Assembly (NCBI GenBank): GCA_035389045.1
Contig: DAOORA010000004.1
Span: 42,246-106,245 of the forward strand
DNA from: Bacteroidales bacterium
GTDB taxonomy: Bacteria > Bacteroidota > Bacteroidia > Bacteroidales > CAIWKO01
DNA length: 64,000 nucleotides
Direction: 5' to 3'
The notes beneath the pieces are model-generated. The model searched no databases. It worked only from the letters and a program-made list of their open reading frames with translations, and was not told the origin of the DNA. Of the stretch, positions 9,387 to 18,523 are shown in pieces (positions within the stretch are counted from its first letter, which is position 1; the number at the start of each line of letters is the position of its first letter). Position numbers and translations under genes: made by a program.

Positions 9387-9445
9387 GTGCGAAGTTTGTA
9401 ACTTCGCACAACGGGGTGCGAAGTTACAAACTTCGCACAACGGGG
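9387..9445. repeat. Two tandem REP-like palindromic units (GTGCGAAGTT-nnn-AACTTCGCAC + AACGG)
   Basis: Units at 9387..9409 (loop TGT) and 9416..9438 (loop ACA). Each has a 10-bp perfect stem. Period is 29 bp. The same unit recurs at 12509..12749. Confidence 0.85.
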
Positions 9446-9624
9446 TTAACGATTTATGAATTTATTAAGGATAAAAGTATAAATAAATGAAATCAGAAGG
9501 AATTATTTTTTTGCAAGATAGGAGTGAGTTATGCTTCAAAATCTTAACAATGCATTGGAAATGCAAATTACAAACTGTAAATACATCACAATGTAATTAT
9601 GTTTAATTAAAACAAACCGGAGAG

Positions 9625-10806
9625 CTATTCTTTTATAAATTTCTTTACTGCAATTCCATCAGCACCAATTAGCTTAACAATATATAAACCTTTTGCAAAG
9701 TTGCTGATATTTATTTCAGTTTTTGTTTTTGAAAGATTTATTCTTTCTAAGATTTGGCCTTGCTGGTTGATTAATTCAATCGTTGCATTTATCGGAGCTT
9801 CAACAATCAAGTTATCGTGTGCTGGATTCGGACTGAGATTTATTTCTAACTGGTCCGCGATATCAGGAACAGTATTAAATGACGGTGTATATTCCCAAAG
9901 ATCTTTCTTATACCCACTGTCCCCACCACCCATTCCAATATATCCTTTTTGCCCAATTGAAAATCCGGTAGCTTCCTGTCTGTTTCCACCACCAACATTT
10001 GCTTTCTGAGTCCATGTATCAGATGCTAAATCGTATTCCCAGAAATCATTACAGAGAGGGTTCCCGGTTCCGATATATCCTTTTTGCCCAATTGAAAAAC
10101 CCACAGCATCATTTCTTCCTGTCCCACCGAAATCTGCTTTTTGTGTCCAGGTATCCAAAGCCGGGTCGTATTCCCAGAAATCTTTTTCAGGATAATCTCC
10201 GGTTCCAATATACCCTTTTGTGCCAATAGAAAATCCTACTGCCCAGGTTCTTGCTGTTCCGCCGAAATCCGCCATTTGTGTCCAGGTGTCTGTACTCGGA
10301 TTGTACTCCCAAAAATCTTTATAAAAAAGAACAGTACTATCAGGATTAAATCCGGTTCCAATATACCCTTTGTTGCCTATACTAAAACCGACAGCAGATA
10401 GTCTTGGTGAGCCTGGAAGGTCTGCTTTTTGTGTCCAAATATTTGTTGAAGGGTCGTATTCCCAGAAATCTTTTAATTTTACATCATTACTCACCCCAGT
10501 TCCAATATATCCCTTATTGCCAATTGAAAATCCAACAGCATTGGCTCTTTGTGCTCCGCCAAAATCAGCTTTTTGAATCCATACATTGCTAACAGGGTCA
10601 AATTCCCAAAAATCTCCTAATTCGGCCATATTCATACCGTCGAATTCCCACCCAGTACCAATATAACCTTTTGTACCAATGGAAAAACTAACAGTACCGG
10701 TTCTGGCTGCTCCTGTTAAATTAGCTTTTTGTACCCATATGTCTTGAGATAAAACTATAGTAGTATATCCCAATATTCCTAAAAAAAGTAAAATAGTTTT
10801 TTTCAT
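9625..10806 (-). CDS. Secreted Kelch-like beta-propeller repeat protein with a T9SS type A C-terminal sorting domain
   Basis: Signal peptide MKKTILLFLGILGYTTIVLSQ. Six 45-52-aa repeats of FSIGxKGYIGTG...DFWEYDPxxDxWTQKADFGG. C-terminus LSPNPAHDNLIVE...GLYIVKLIG... resembles the Por secretion tail. Confidence 0.7.
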   Translation of the reverse strand: MKKTILLFLGILGYTTIVLSQDIWVQKANLTGAARTGTVSFSIGTKGYIGTGWEFDGMNMAELGDFWEFDPVSNVWIQKADFGGAQRANAVGFSIGNKGYIGTGVSNDVKLKDFWEYDPSTNIWTQKADLPGSPRLSAVGFSIGNKGYIGTGFNPDSTVLFYKDFWEYNPSTDTWTQMADFGGTARTWAVGFSIGTKGYIGTGDYPEKDFWEYDPALDTWTQKADFGGTGRNDAVGFSIGQKGYIGTGNPLCNDFWEYDLASDTWTQKANVGGGNRQEATGFSIGQKGYIGMGGGDSGYKKDLWEYTPSFNTVPDIADQLEINLSPNPAHDNLIVEAPINATIELINQQGQILERINLSKTKTEINISNFAKGLYIVKLIGADGIAVKKFIKE

Positions 10807-10953
10807 ATTTATTCGGTTTATTTTATGGTGGGTTCTAAAAATTCATTTTTTTCATTTTGATTCAAAAAATCGTAGAGCCCGTTTACCGATATTTTAAATC
10901 AAGACAATATTACAATATTTTTTTTTAATTCTACATTTAAAAATTCATTTTTT

Positions 10954-10988
10954 ATCTATCTATCTATCTATCTATCTTCCTATCTATC
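10954..10988. repeat. Tetranucleotide microsatellite (ATCT)6 plus a degenerate extension
   Basis: Perfect (ATCT)6 at 10954..10977, followed by TCCTATCTATC. Lies 148 nt upstream of the start at 10806. Confidence 0.9.
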
Positions 10989-11101
10989 AATTATTTAACT
11001 TTTAAAATATTTAGGCGAACAATTTGCTCAAAACGGTATAAATTGTAAGTTAAATTTATTAACCCGATAATGCCTGCTGCTCTGACCATGCCGACTGAGT
11101 G

Positions 11102-11109
11102 CAAAGGTA
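11102..11109 (-). promoter_or_regulatory. -7 promoter box (TACCTTTG on the minus strand), a possible distal promoter of the propeller gene
   Basis: Plus strand reads GTGCAAAGGTACGAA, nearly identical to the boxes at 9365 and 60268. I found no closer TAnnTTTG upstream of 10806. Confidence 0.3.
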
Positions 11110-11133
11110 CGAAAACAAAACACGCCGAAAAAA

Positions 11134-11235
11134 GGCCGTCTCAAAAGTCCTTTGTGCGCCTTCGTGACAACCTTTGAGTCCGCCGCGGCGAACACTAAGG
11201 TTAAATTCTCATAAATTTTGACTTTTGAGACAGCC
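11134..11235. repeat. 102-bp inverted-repeat element (16-bp arms, internal GC palindrome)
   Basis: GGCCGTCTCAAAAGTC (11134..11149) pairs with GACTTTTGAGACAGCC (11220..11235) at 15 of 16 positions. Internal palindrome CGCCGCGGCG at 11181..11190. Confidence 0.75.
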
Positions 11236-11333
11236 TCAATGGTAAATTTTGCCGGACAATAGGGGATTTTTTATGTTTCATTTCAAAACGTAGTGTAATT
11301 TTATATCGTTTATTGAATATTGAATAAAGTATC

Positions 11334-12500
11334 ATGAAAAAATCAATCATTTTTAACCTCGCAGGTTTGCTCGCCACCCTTTTTCTCTTGTTTTCGGCAA
11401 AGGCTTATGCACAAATCTCTTCAGACCAGGAAATATACAACCAGGGTATTGATAACTTTAACAAGGGGCATTATTTTCAGGCCATCGATAATTTTAATGT
11501 GCTGATCAACGCTAACAAAACCGATTATTTGCTCTATTCGTATATGTACAGGGCGTACTCGAAAAATGAGTTAGGTAAATATCAGGAAGCCATAACAGAT
11601 TTTACCACTGCTTTGGCAAAGTATCCGAACAATCCTGATTTATTAAACGGAAGGGCCTGGGCAAATTGTTTTGCGGGTTATTATAATTCAGCCATAAGCG
11701 ATGCTACCAAAGCCATTTCTATTTCAAAACAGCCCAATTATTACGATACCAGAGCCACTGCTTATGCCTTGTTACGATCAAATTCAAGCGCTATCGCAGA
11801 CTTTAACGAAAGTATAAAGCTGGGAAGTAAGCCGCTGTATTACTACAAAAGGGGTTTGGTTAAAAAAAATAACATGGATTATACCGGCGCCGACAACGAC
11901 TTTTCCACTGCCAAAGCACTCGATAAATCAGAAAGTTATTTAAGAAGCCATGATCCCCTGATTGCGGCTTTTGTTAACAAAACCTATAGCAGTACGAGTT
12001 CTGCAAGCTCCACAACCGGCCAGGGTACTGCCTCGAAAGCAGGCACGCCGATGGCGGCGTCGTCAGTAAAACATAAATTAAGTTTTGGCAAATGGTATAT
12101 CTCCTTCCCCGGAAAACCTGTGGAGCAAACTTCGTCGAACAGCACATTCAGTACCAATTACACGGCACATTATCAGTCGGGCGAATGGACGTATTTGCTT
12201 CAGTACATTGTGATTGACCGCGACTATTTTAAAAAATATTTATTGAATGATTTTCTGAAAGATATCCGCCAGCAATATGCCAAAAGCATCAATGGCACAA
12301 TAAGTTCTGAAACAGCCACCACCATGAAAGGATTTGATGATGCCTGCATTTATTATATAAACACAGGTGGGCAATACGGATCTTTCAGAGATGGGATTGT
12401 TGATTACACTGTTGTGAGAATCGGGGTGTATAATACCAAACGCTACCCTACGGGCAGTGAGTTCTATGAGTTTTACAATACATTTTCCGGGATAAATTAA
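11334..12500 (+). CDS. Secreted TPR-repeat protein
   Basis: Signal peptide ending SAKAYAQ. Several TPR-like units, for example YNQGIDNFNKGHYFQAIDNFN and YSKNELGKYQEAITDFTTAL. Confidence 0.65.
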   Translation: MKKSIIFNLAGLLATLFLLFSAKAYAQISSDQEIYNQGIDNFNKGHYFQAIDNFNVLINANKTDYLLYSYMYRAYSKNELGKYQEAITDFTTALAKYPNNPDLLNGRAWANCFAGYYNSAISDATKAISISKQPNYYDTRATAYALLRSNSSAIADFNESIKLGSKPLYYYKRGLVKKNNMDYTGADNDFSTAKALDKSESYLRSHDPLIAAFVNKTYSSTSSASSTTGQGTASKAGTPMAASSVKHKLSFGKWYISFPGKPVEQTSSNSTFSTNYTAHYQSGEWTYLLQYIVIDRDYFKKYLLNDFLKDIRQQYAKSINGTISSETATTMKGFDDACIYYINTGGQYGSFRDGIVDYTVVRIGVYNTKRYPTGSEFYEFYNTFSGIN

Positions 12501-12536
12501 TAACGGGAGTGCGAAGTTACAAACTTTGCACAACGG
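12396..12536 (+). repeat. Copy 1 of a 141-bp direct duplication (3' end of the TPR gene plus one REP unit)
   Basis: Matches 12614..12754 at a 218-bp offset with 2 mismatches. Confidence 0.9.
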
Positions 12537-12601
12537 GGTGCGAAGTTACAAACTTCGCATAACGGGCGCGGGAGTGCGAAGTTACAAACTTCGCACAACG
12601 G
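12509..12601. repeat. REP-like palindromic unit cluster (three units plus a partial one)
   Basis: Units at 12509..12531, 12538..12560 and 12574..12596, each GTGCGAAGTTACAAACTT(C/T)GCA(C/T) followed by AACGG. Confidence 0.85.
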
Positions 12602-12613
12602 AGTGCGGATGCT

Positions 12614-12754
12614 ATTGTTGATTACACTGTTGTGAGAATCGGGGTGTATAATACCAAACGCTACCCTACGGGCAGTGAGTTCTATGAGTTTTACAATACA
12701 TTTTCCGGGATATATTAATAACGGGAGTGCGAAGTTACAAACTTCGCACAACGG
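12614..12754 (+). repeat. Copy 2 of the 141-bp duplication (orphan gene-tail fragment plus a REP unit at 12727..12749)
   Basis: Repeats the last ~105 nt of the TPR gene, including its stop context, and the following palindrome. Confidence 0.9.
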
Positions 12755-12784
12755 TCACGCATTAAGAAAGCGCGCATACGGAGG

Positions 12785-13336
12785 TTATACGTTTTGAGAT
12801 CCCTGGTCTGATTTTAATTTACTGTATATTTCCAAGTCTGTAAAGACATCACCGGTAAGTAATTCTCCCTGCCGTTCAATTCCTTCAAACATGAATCCCA
12901 GTTTTTTCGGAATATTTTTGCTGGGTATATTTTCAACTGCACATTTTATTTGAATTCTATTGATTTCCAGTTTGTTGAATGCAAAGTCACAAAGCTTATC
13001 CACTGATTTTGTAACAGTCCCCTGTTTTTGATATTTTTCTGAAAGCCAGTAACCGATTTCTGTCTTTTTATTTTGTTTGTCAGTTCCTTTAAATCCAATC
13101 AATCCAGCAAATTCATTATGTTTTTGGATTGCAAAAACATATTCGAATCTGTCTTCAGGAGCATTAACTACAGAGTCTATAAATTTTTCAGTATCGGAGA
13201 TTTCCTTTGTAAATGCTACAAAAGGCAACCATTTTCCTAAATGATCTCTTTGATCGTTGATCGCATTAAAAATATCTGTCGAATCAGACAGTTCTAACTG
13301 TCTTAATTCTATCCCGGTATCAACTTTTATTATCAT
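12785..13336 (-). CDS. GNAT family N-acetyltransferase (RimJ/RimL-like)
   Basis: 183 aa. N-terminal LRQLELSD-type start, an acetyl-CoA loop region (YQKQGTVTKS), and a C-terminal EGIERQGELL block typical of RimL-like GNATs. Confidence 0.75.
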   Translation of the reverse strand: MIIKVDTGIELRQLELSDSTDIFNAINDQRDHLGKWLPFVAFTKEISDTEKFIDSVVNAPEDRFEYVFAIQKHNEFAGLIGFKGTDKQNKKTEIGYWLSEKYQKQGTVTKSVDKLCDFAFNKLEINRIQIKCAVENIPSKNIPKKLGFMFEGIERQGELLTGDVFTDLEIYSKLKSDQGSQNV

Positions 13337-13392
13337 GAGGGTTTTTTTTGTTTTGCTGCTAACCTACATATATGGGTGGCTGCAGAGAAATT

Positions 13393-13884
13393 TTATTTGC
13401 AAGACATATCATAAACCCATCTATAAGGCTTCTCAAAATTTTCGTAAAATGCTTTCAATTTACAAGCATTGAAATAATAATAGTCTGAATGCTTTTTCCA
13501 CAACTTTTCATTATAATTCTTTAGTTTTTTTTTGTCTTTTTTTAAAAAAGCAATTGTTCCGTTATAATATAACCGCCATTCTCTGTCAAAAATTTTATCA
13601 ATTAAACTTGTTGATTTTTTTAAATATTTAATGGCGACCGCATATTCATTATTACATGCATAAAGTTGTCCAACGTGCCAATATGTGCTTTTTTTGTTTT
13701 TCTGTTTACTTTTCCGGATACTGTCCATTAAAATATTAATTGCTTCATGATACCTTCCGCTATCTGCTAATTCTCTCCATAATTCTTTCGACTCTTTCCT
13801 GCAGACATAATTCGAATTTGTTGTCTGAGCTAAACTTGTAGAAAAGAAAGTATAAACAAGCAAAATATGAAAGAATAGTTTCAT
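13393..13884 (-). CDS. Hypothetical secreted protein
   Basis: 163 aa with signal peptide MKLFFHILLVYTFFSTSLAQ. No family recognised. Confidence 0.45.
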   Translation of the reverse strand: MKLFFHILLVYTFFSTSLAQTTNSNYVCRKESKELWRELADSGRYHEAINILMDSIRKSKQKNKKSTYWHVGQLYACNNEYAVAIKYLKKSTSLIDKIFDREWRLYYNGTIAFLKKDKKKLKNYNEKLWKKHSDYYYFNACKLKAFYENFEKPYRWVYDMSCK

Positions 13885-13923
13885 GCTGGTATTGCTTCAA
13901 ATTATTATGCACAACCATAGGGA

Positions 13924-15207
13924 TCAATCATTCCCGGGCTTTTTTGACAAGTCTTCAAACTTGGCCGTCATGGTAGGATTGCCACGCGTGAGTTTTTTGA
14001 TGGTCAGGTCTTCGGCTTTGTTGTTGGCCAGGCGCAGATTGTTCTCCGAAGACAATAAGGCTTCTTTGGTTTTTTGAAGGTGGTCGATGGTTTTATCAAT
14101 TTCTTCGATGGCGGTCTGAAATTTACGGCTGGCCAACTCATAATTCCGGGCAAATCCTTCCTTAAAATTCCTGATGTTTTCTTCAAAATTTGTGATATCA
14201 ATATTTTGATTTTTCACCAGTGCCAGTTCGGCTTTGTATCGCATCGAATTCAGGGCGGCATTGCGCAGCAGCGTTATGATGGGTATGAAAAACTGGGGCC
14301 GCACCACATACATTTTGGGATACTTGTGCGACACATCAACAATTCCGGCATTGTACAGCTCATTTTCGGCTTCAAGTAAAGATACCAGCACGGCGTATTC
14401 GCATTTTTTTTCGCTGCGGTCTCTGTCTAACTCTTTGAAAAAATCTTCATTCTTCTTTTTTGTTGCGGTTTCGTCGCCTTCATTTTTCATTTCAAACATG
14501 ATCGAAATGATTTCGTTCCCGGCGTCATCCGTTTCCTTGTAAATATAATCACCTTTGCTTCCCGACCGGGCATCGTTGTCTTTTTCAAAATAAGCTTTTT
14601 GAAAACCCGTAGCCCGTAGCTTATTAAACTCCGTTTCGCAATGCTGTTCCAGTGTTTCACCGATCATTTTTGTGGAAAGCCTGACTTTCAGATCTTTTCG
14701 CAGGGCTATCTCTTCATCCTTCATTTTGATGATATCATCTTTGGTTTTAAGCACCGACGAAAACTTTTCCGTCAGCGATTTTTCAAGCAAAGCTTTTTCA
14801 GTCTCTTTACTTTTCACAATGTTAGCCAGTTCGTCCCGTTCTTTTTCAATGTTGCGGACTGTTTCGGTAATTGTGAGCTTTGTCTCGATTTCAGACTTCT
14901 CGATTACAGCCTTCATTTGAGCGATCTCTGCTTCTTTCTGTGCCAGCTTACTGGTGAGTTCGCGTTCATTCCTTGCATTCATCTCAACAATTTCTTTATC
15001 TTTCTGTGCCAGAGCATCCTGTAAAGAGTTTTTAAGGTTTGCTTCCGCCAGTTTTATGGCATTAACTTTTTCTTTTTCGGCAAGGTCTAACCTGCTTTTC
15101 AATTCTCCCTCAAACTGACGATCCCTGACCTGCTTTAGGATATCGGCAAAACCAGCTTCATCCACTTTAAAGACTTTTTTACAATTTGGGCAAATAATTT
15201 CATTCAT
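13924..15207 (-). CDS. DUF2130-like protein (N-terminal zinc-ribbon-like motif plus long coiled coil)
   Basis: 427 aa. Starts [20 protein letters not shown], followed by ~200 aa of coiled coil and a globular C-terminal part. The layout resembles DUF2130. Confidence 0.6.
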   Translation of the reverse strand: MNEIICPNCKKVFKVDEAGFADILKQVRDRQFEGELKSRLDLAEKEKVNAIKLAEANLKNSLQDALAQKDKEIVEMNARNERELTSKLAQKEAEIAQMKAVIEKSEIETKLTITETVRNIEKERDELANIVKSKETEKALLEKSLTEKFSSVLKTKDDIIKMKDEEIALRKDLKVRLSTKMIGETLEQHCETEFNKLRATGFQKAYFEKDNDARSGSKGDYIYKETDDAGNEIISIMFEMKNEGDETATKKKNEDFFKELDRDRSEKKCEYAVLVSLLEAENELYNAGIVDVSHKYPKMYVVRPQFFIPIITLLRNAALNSMRYKAELALVKNQNIDITNFEENIRNFKEGFARNYELASRKFQTAIEEIDKTIDHLQKTKEALLSSENNLRLANNKAEDLTIKKLTRGNPTMTAKFEDLSKKPGND

Positions 15208-15518
15208 ATATATTAATTTTTAATGTTATGTGGATTAAAATATTTCGGACGTGCTTAAAATCAAGCCTATCATACAACAGGCTAACATTGAGTCATATTT
15301 TTTAATCAGTGTTTTCCGTATTATGGGTTTGCCAGCATTTATTGCATTTCCAGCACAAATTTAAGTGGGATAAATAAATAAAACAAATTTTGTCGCGGTT
15401 TTTTGCTTGAGGAGTTTTCAGGCGCCAGTCAGGATGGGGTGAAACTTAGCCCTGGAATCGATCGCTACTGGGAAATCAGTACAAATATACCTGGGCAAAG
15501 ATTTAATTTTGCTGTTTT

Positions 15519-16319
15519 TCAGCGTATTATCCGATAATTAACACTTCTGCCGCCGCCTGCTTCCTGTTGTAAAATTCCTTTATTAATCAGATCTTTTATA
15601 TCTCTTAATGCAGTGTCGGTGGCGGTTATTGTTTTTTTTGCCCACTTTGAGGTAGTAAGTTTCCCGAAGAAATCGTCAAATAATTTGTTTATCAACAGTC
15701 GGTACCGTTCATTGATGGGTGTGTCTTTGTGTTTTTACCAAAACTCTGCTTTACTCAAAACACTTTGCATGCCATCTTCGGCTTCAATCAATGCGTATTC
15801 CATGCAATTCAAAAACCAGATCAGCCACTTTGTGATGTCTCCATCACTATGCTGAACCGTTTTCAGCATTTCATAACAGGCGTTTTTTTCTTGTTGAATT
15901 TGGTTAGACAGACTGTAAAAACGTTCCGGGCTATGCTCTCTTCGCGCCAGCAACATATCAGAAATTGCTCTTGCAATACATCCGTTTCCGTCGTTAAAAA
16001 GATGAATTATTATAAACCAGAAATGAGCAATAGCCGATTTCAGCACCCCATCTATCACAATAGTATCCTCGTTCAGCCACGAAAGAAACCTGTCCATTTC
16101 AGCTTTTACATCTTTTGCGGGGACTGCTTCGTAATGCATACATTGTTTCCCCATTGGCCCTGAAACAACCTGCATTTCGCCTGTCCGGTATTTAGCAACA
16201 AGAATTTTGTTCATTCCGGGCAAAATCAGCCGGACACAAATAACCGCCTGGCACAGAGCAGGTAATACCAGCGAACAGTATTTCAGAAAAAGGCGTGCGT
16301 TGCGAATGCGCGTGAACAA
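15519..16319 (-). pseudogene. Decayed Fic/DOC family gene: 5'-truncated, in-frame TAA, degenerate catalytic motif
   Basis: ORF 15735..16319 carries HLFNDGNGCIAR, against the Fic consensus HPFx(D/E)GNGRxxR. The stop at 15735..15737 is followed in the same frame by 71 more codons, KHKDTPINERYRLLINKLFDDFFGKLTTSKWAKK...DIKDLINKGILQQEAGGGRSVNYRIIR, which is a typical Fic C-terminal wHTH tail. The N-terminal ~130 aa are absent. Confidence 0.75.
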
Positions 16320-16479
16320 GGTCCAAAAAGGTCATGCCGCATTTTTTCAAATAAAGAATCAGCACTCCAAAAAATCACCATTCTAATTAATTTTGTCCCT
16401 GCATTAAATAATCATTATTTTAGCCATCTGAAATTAATACGGCTATACGAACTGCAAAAATTTGTATAATAAGAAAAAT

Positions 16480-17343
16480 ATGAAAGTAAAACTTCTATGG
16501 ATTTGTACTCTGATAATTGCCTTTATGGGAATTCGTCAGGTATTTTCACAGGACATAATACGTCTAAAAAATGGTAATGAAATCAAAGCCAATGTCAGAG
16601 AAATAGAAACCGACGTAATAAAGTATAAAAGATTTGATAATCCGGAAGGGCCTTCTTACACCTTACAAAAATCAGAAATCGCCACTATTATCTATGCCAA
16701 CGGAACCCATGATGAGTTTGATGTTCTGACGGGGCCAGTCAATGGAACTTTTAAGGATGCCCGCGATAGTAAAACTTATAAAACGGTAACTATAGGCAAT
16801 CAGACATGGATGGCCGAAAATCTGGCCTATAAAGCAACAAAGGGTTGTTGGGCTTATAATGATAATGAAGCCAATGTGGCCATATACGGCTATTTATATA
16901 ACTGGGAAACGGCCAAAACCGTTTGCCCTGCCGGATGGCATTTGCCCAGCGAAGCAGAATACAAAGCCTTGTTCGATTGTTTAGGTGGAAAAAAGGCTGC
17001 TCCCATTAAATTAAAATCGAATACAGGCTGGGCTGTCAGTGTCGAAAATGATAGTTTGACAGCCAAACAAAAAGCACAACAGGCTAAACGCTGTATTGTG
17101 ACAGATGGCAATGGAACTAACGAAAGCGGTTTTTCGGCTATACCCGGTGGATGGCGTGGTGGACCAAAAGCATATGACAAAATCGGGGTAAATGGTTATT
17201 GGTGGAGTTCAACCCAGGACTATGATTACAATGCCGACTTTACCTCATGGTCGCTGACTCTGTACTCACGATATAGTTACCTCGACTGGACCTGCCTGGC
17301 TATGTGGGATTTCGGATATTCGGTCCGATGTATTAAGGATTGA
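16480..17343 (+). CDS. Secreted protein with a Fibrobacter succinogenes major paralogous domain (TIGR02145-like)
   Basis: Start set at ATG 16480 (MKVKLLWICTLIIAF...). Motifs: FKDARDSKTYKTVTIGNQTWMAENL, YGYLYNWETAKTVCPAGWHLPSEAEYKAL, ESGFSAIPGGWR, YWWSST. Confidence 0.75.
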   Translation: MKVKLLWICTLIIAFMGIRQVFSQDIIRLKNGNEIKANVREIETDVIKYKRFDNPEGPSYTLQKSEIATIIYANGTHDEFDVLTGPVNGTFKDARDSKTYKTVTIGNQTWMAENLAYKATKGCWAYNDNEANVAIYGYLYNWETAKTVCPAGWHLPSEAEYKALFDCLGGKKAAPIKLKSNTGWAVSVENDSLTAKQKAQQAKRCIVTDGNGTNESGFSAIPGGWRGGPKAYDKIGVNGYWWSSTQDYDYNADFTSWSLTLYSRYSYLDWTCLAMWDFGYSVRCIKD

Positions 17344-17446
17344 GCATATATATGCGTAACTACCCACAGTGCGGCAAGGGTTTACAACTAAGAAAAGACA
17401 ATTGCATGCGTCGTGAACACGCTCGAACAGGAAAATGAAATCAACT

Positions 17447-17920
17447 TCAATTGAGCATATAATAAGCCCCGTTAAGCACGCTTGCAAAAGTCACCCATAT
17501 TATATATGTTATATTGATATATGCGGCTAATGGTTTGATTTTGTAAAACAAAACAAGCATAATAACAATACTAATCCATAAAAAGATTATTTCAATTAAC
17601 GCCAGGCCAATCATATTAAAATAGAAAAAGATAAAACTCCAGCCAAAGTTAAGCGCCTGTTGTATCAAAAAGACAAAAACGGCCGTATTGCGTTTTTTGC
17701 TTTCGTTTTGTTTCCATATCAAAAACAAAGAAATACCCATAAACAGATAAAGGCCTGTCCAGACCGGCCCAAACAGCCAATTAGGCGGGCTGAATGATGG
17801 TTTGTTCAGTGTTGCGAACCATTCCGGAACAGCTTCTGCGGTAAACAAACCGGCTATAGCCCCTAAGCCTAATGGCAATGCAAGTGATGCTATCAGTTTC
17901 AGTATCTGTGTTTTATTCAT
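17447..17920 (-). CDS. tspO: TspO/MBR family tryptophan-rich sensory protein
   Basis: 157 aa, 5 TM segments. Motif WFATLNKPSFSPPNWLFGPVWTGLYLFMGISLFLIW. Confidence 0.85.
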   Translation of the reverse strand: MNKTQILKLIASLALPLGLGAIAGLFTAEAVPEWFATLNKPSFSPPNWLFGPVWTGLYLFMGISLFLIWKQNESKKRNTAVFVFLIQQALNFGWSFIFFYFNMIGLALIEIIFLWISIVIMLVLFYKIKPLAAYINITYIIWVTFASVLNGAYYMLN

Positions 17921-18040
17921 ATAATACTTTTTAATGAATTTAACTTCTCTTAAGCTGTAAAAGTAAATATTTTCATCCGATTTATTATCAGCAGTAACCG
18001 TCAGTGTTGCAGACAGGTTTCTACGTTTACTATTCTAAAT

Positions 18041-18523
18041 TCAGTTCATGTTTTCTTTCATAAATGCAATCCGCACCGGAGGTAACAAGGCTATAAAAAT
18101 GAGCAGCAAAGCATATAGTACATAGAAGATATGCACCCATACCACAGCCTGGATAAAATATATTTCAACAACAATCCAGATAATTGTTGCAAATGCCACA
18201 TAAATAGAATAGGTCCAGGCCCAAAACATGTCCTTAAAAAAATTCAGTCTTTCGCAAAACCTGCATTTTGGTTTTTTGATTAATGCATACATCAGGATAG
18301 CCGGCGCCAGTCCGAGGACGGAGAAAAGGATAAGTCCGGGTACAAAGAAATTAATGAATGGTGAGGAATCCAAAATGGTCACAGGCATTTTAAGAAGTTC
18401 TCCATCCGGCGCAATCATCAATGCGCCACCACCAAACAAAGCTCCAACGGCTAATAATCCCAATAAAACAATCAGGATATTTGTAAATACTTTTGTTCTC
18501 ATTTTTTTGTCTGTGTTATTCAT
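18041..18523 (-). CDS. Hypothetical 4-TM membrane protein; start ambiguous (18523 or 18502)
   Basis: Four hydrophobic segments. The ORF 5' end overlaps the stop of the upstream gene by 8 nt if the start is at 18523. Confidence 0.45.
   Translation of the reverse strand: MNNTDKKMRTKVFTNILIVLLGLLAVGALFGGGALMIAPDGELLKMPVTILDSSPFINFFVPGLILFSVLGLAPAILMYALIKKPKCRFCERLNFFKDMFWAWTYSIYVAFATIIWIVVEIYFIQAVVWVHIFYVLYALLLIFIALLPPVRIAFMKENMN

Noticed and set aside
12240-12751. Minus-strand ORFs of 97 and 84 aa (MCEVCNFALPLLIYPGK...).
   Set aside because: They are translations of the REP palindromes and the antisense of the duplicated TPR gene tail. The repeated CEVCNFA peptide simply mirrors the DNA repeat.
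9387-12754. Tandem 23-nt palindromic repeats considered as a possible CRISPR array.
   Set aside because: The units abut each other (29-36 bp period) with no unique spacers. The two clusters hold only 2 and 3-4 copies. No cas genes are present. The behaviour fits REP-like elements instead.
14074-15024. Several 82-127-aa plus-strand ORFs opposite the DUF2130-like gene.
   Set aside because: They are antisense shadow ORFs of a Lys/Glu-rich coiled-coil coding region.
17340-17460. 11-bp direct repeat TTGAGCATATA flanking a 100-bp spacer between convergent genes.
   Set aside because: It is short, AT-rich and overlaps both stop-codon regions. Chance occurrence cannot be excluded and no associated structure was seen.
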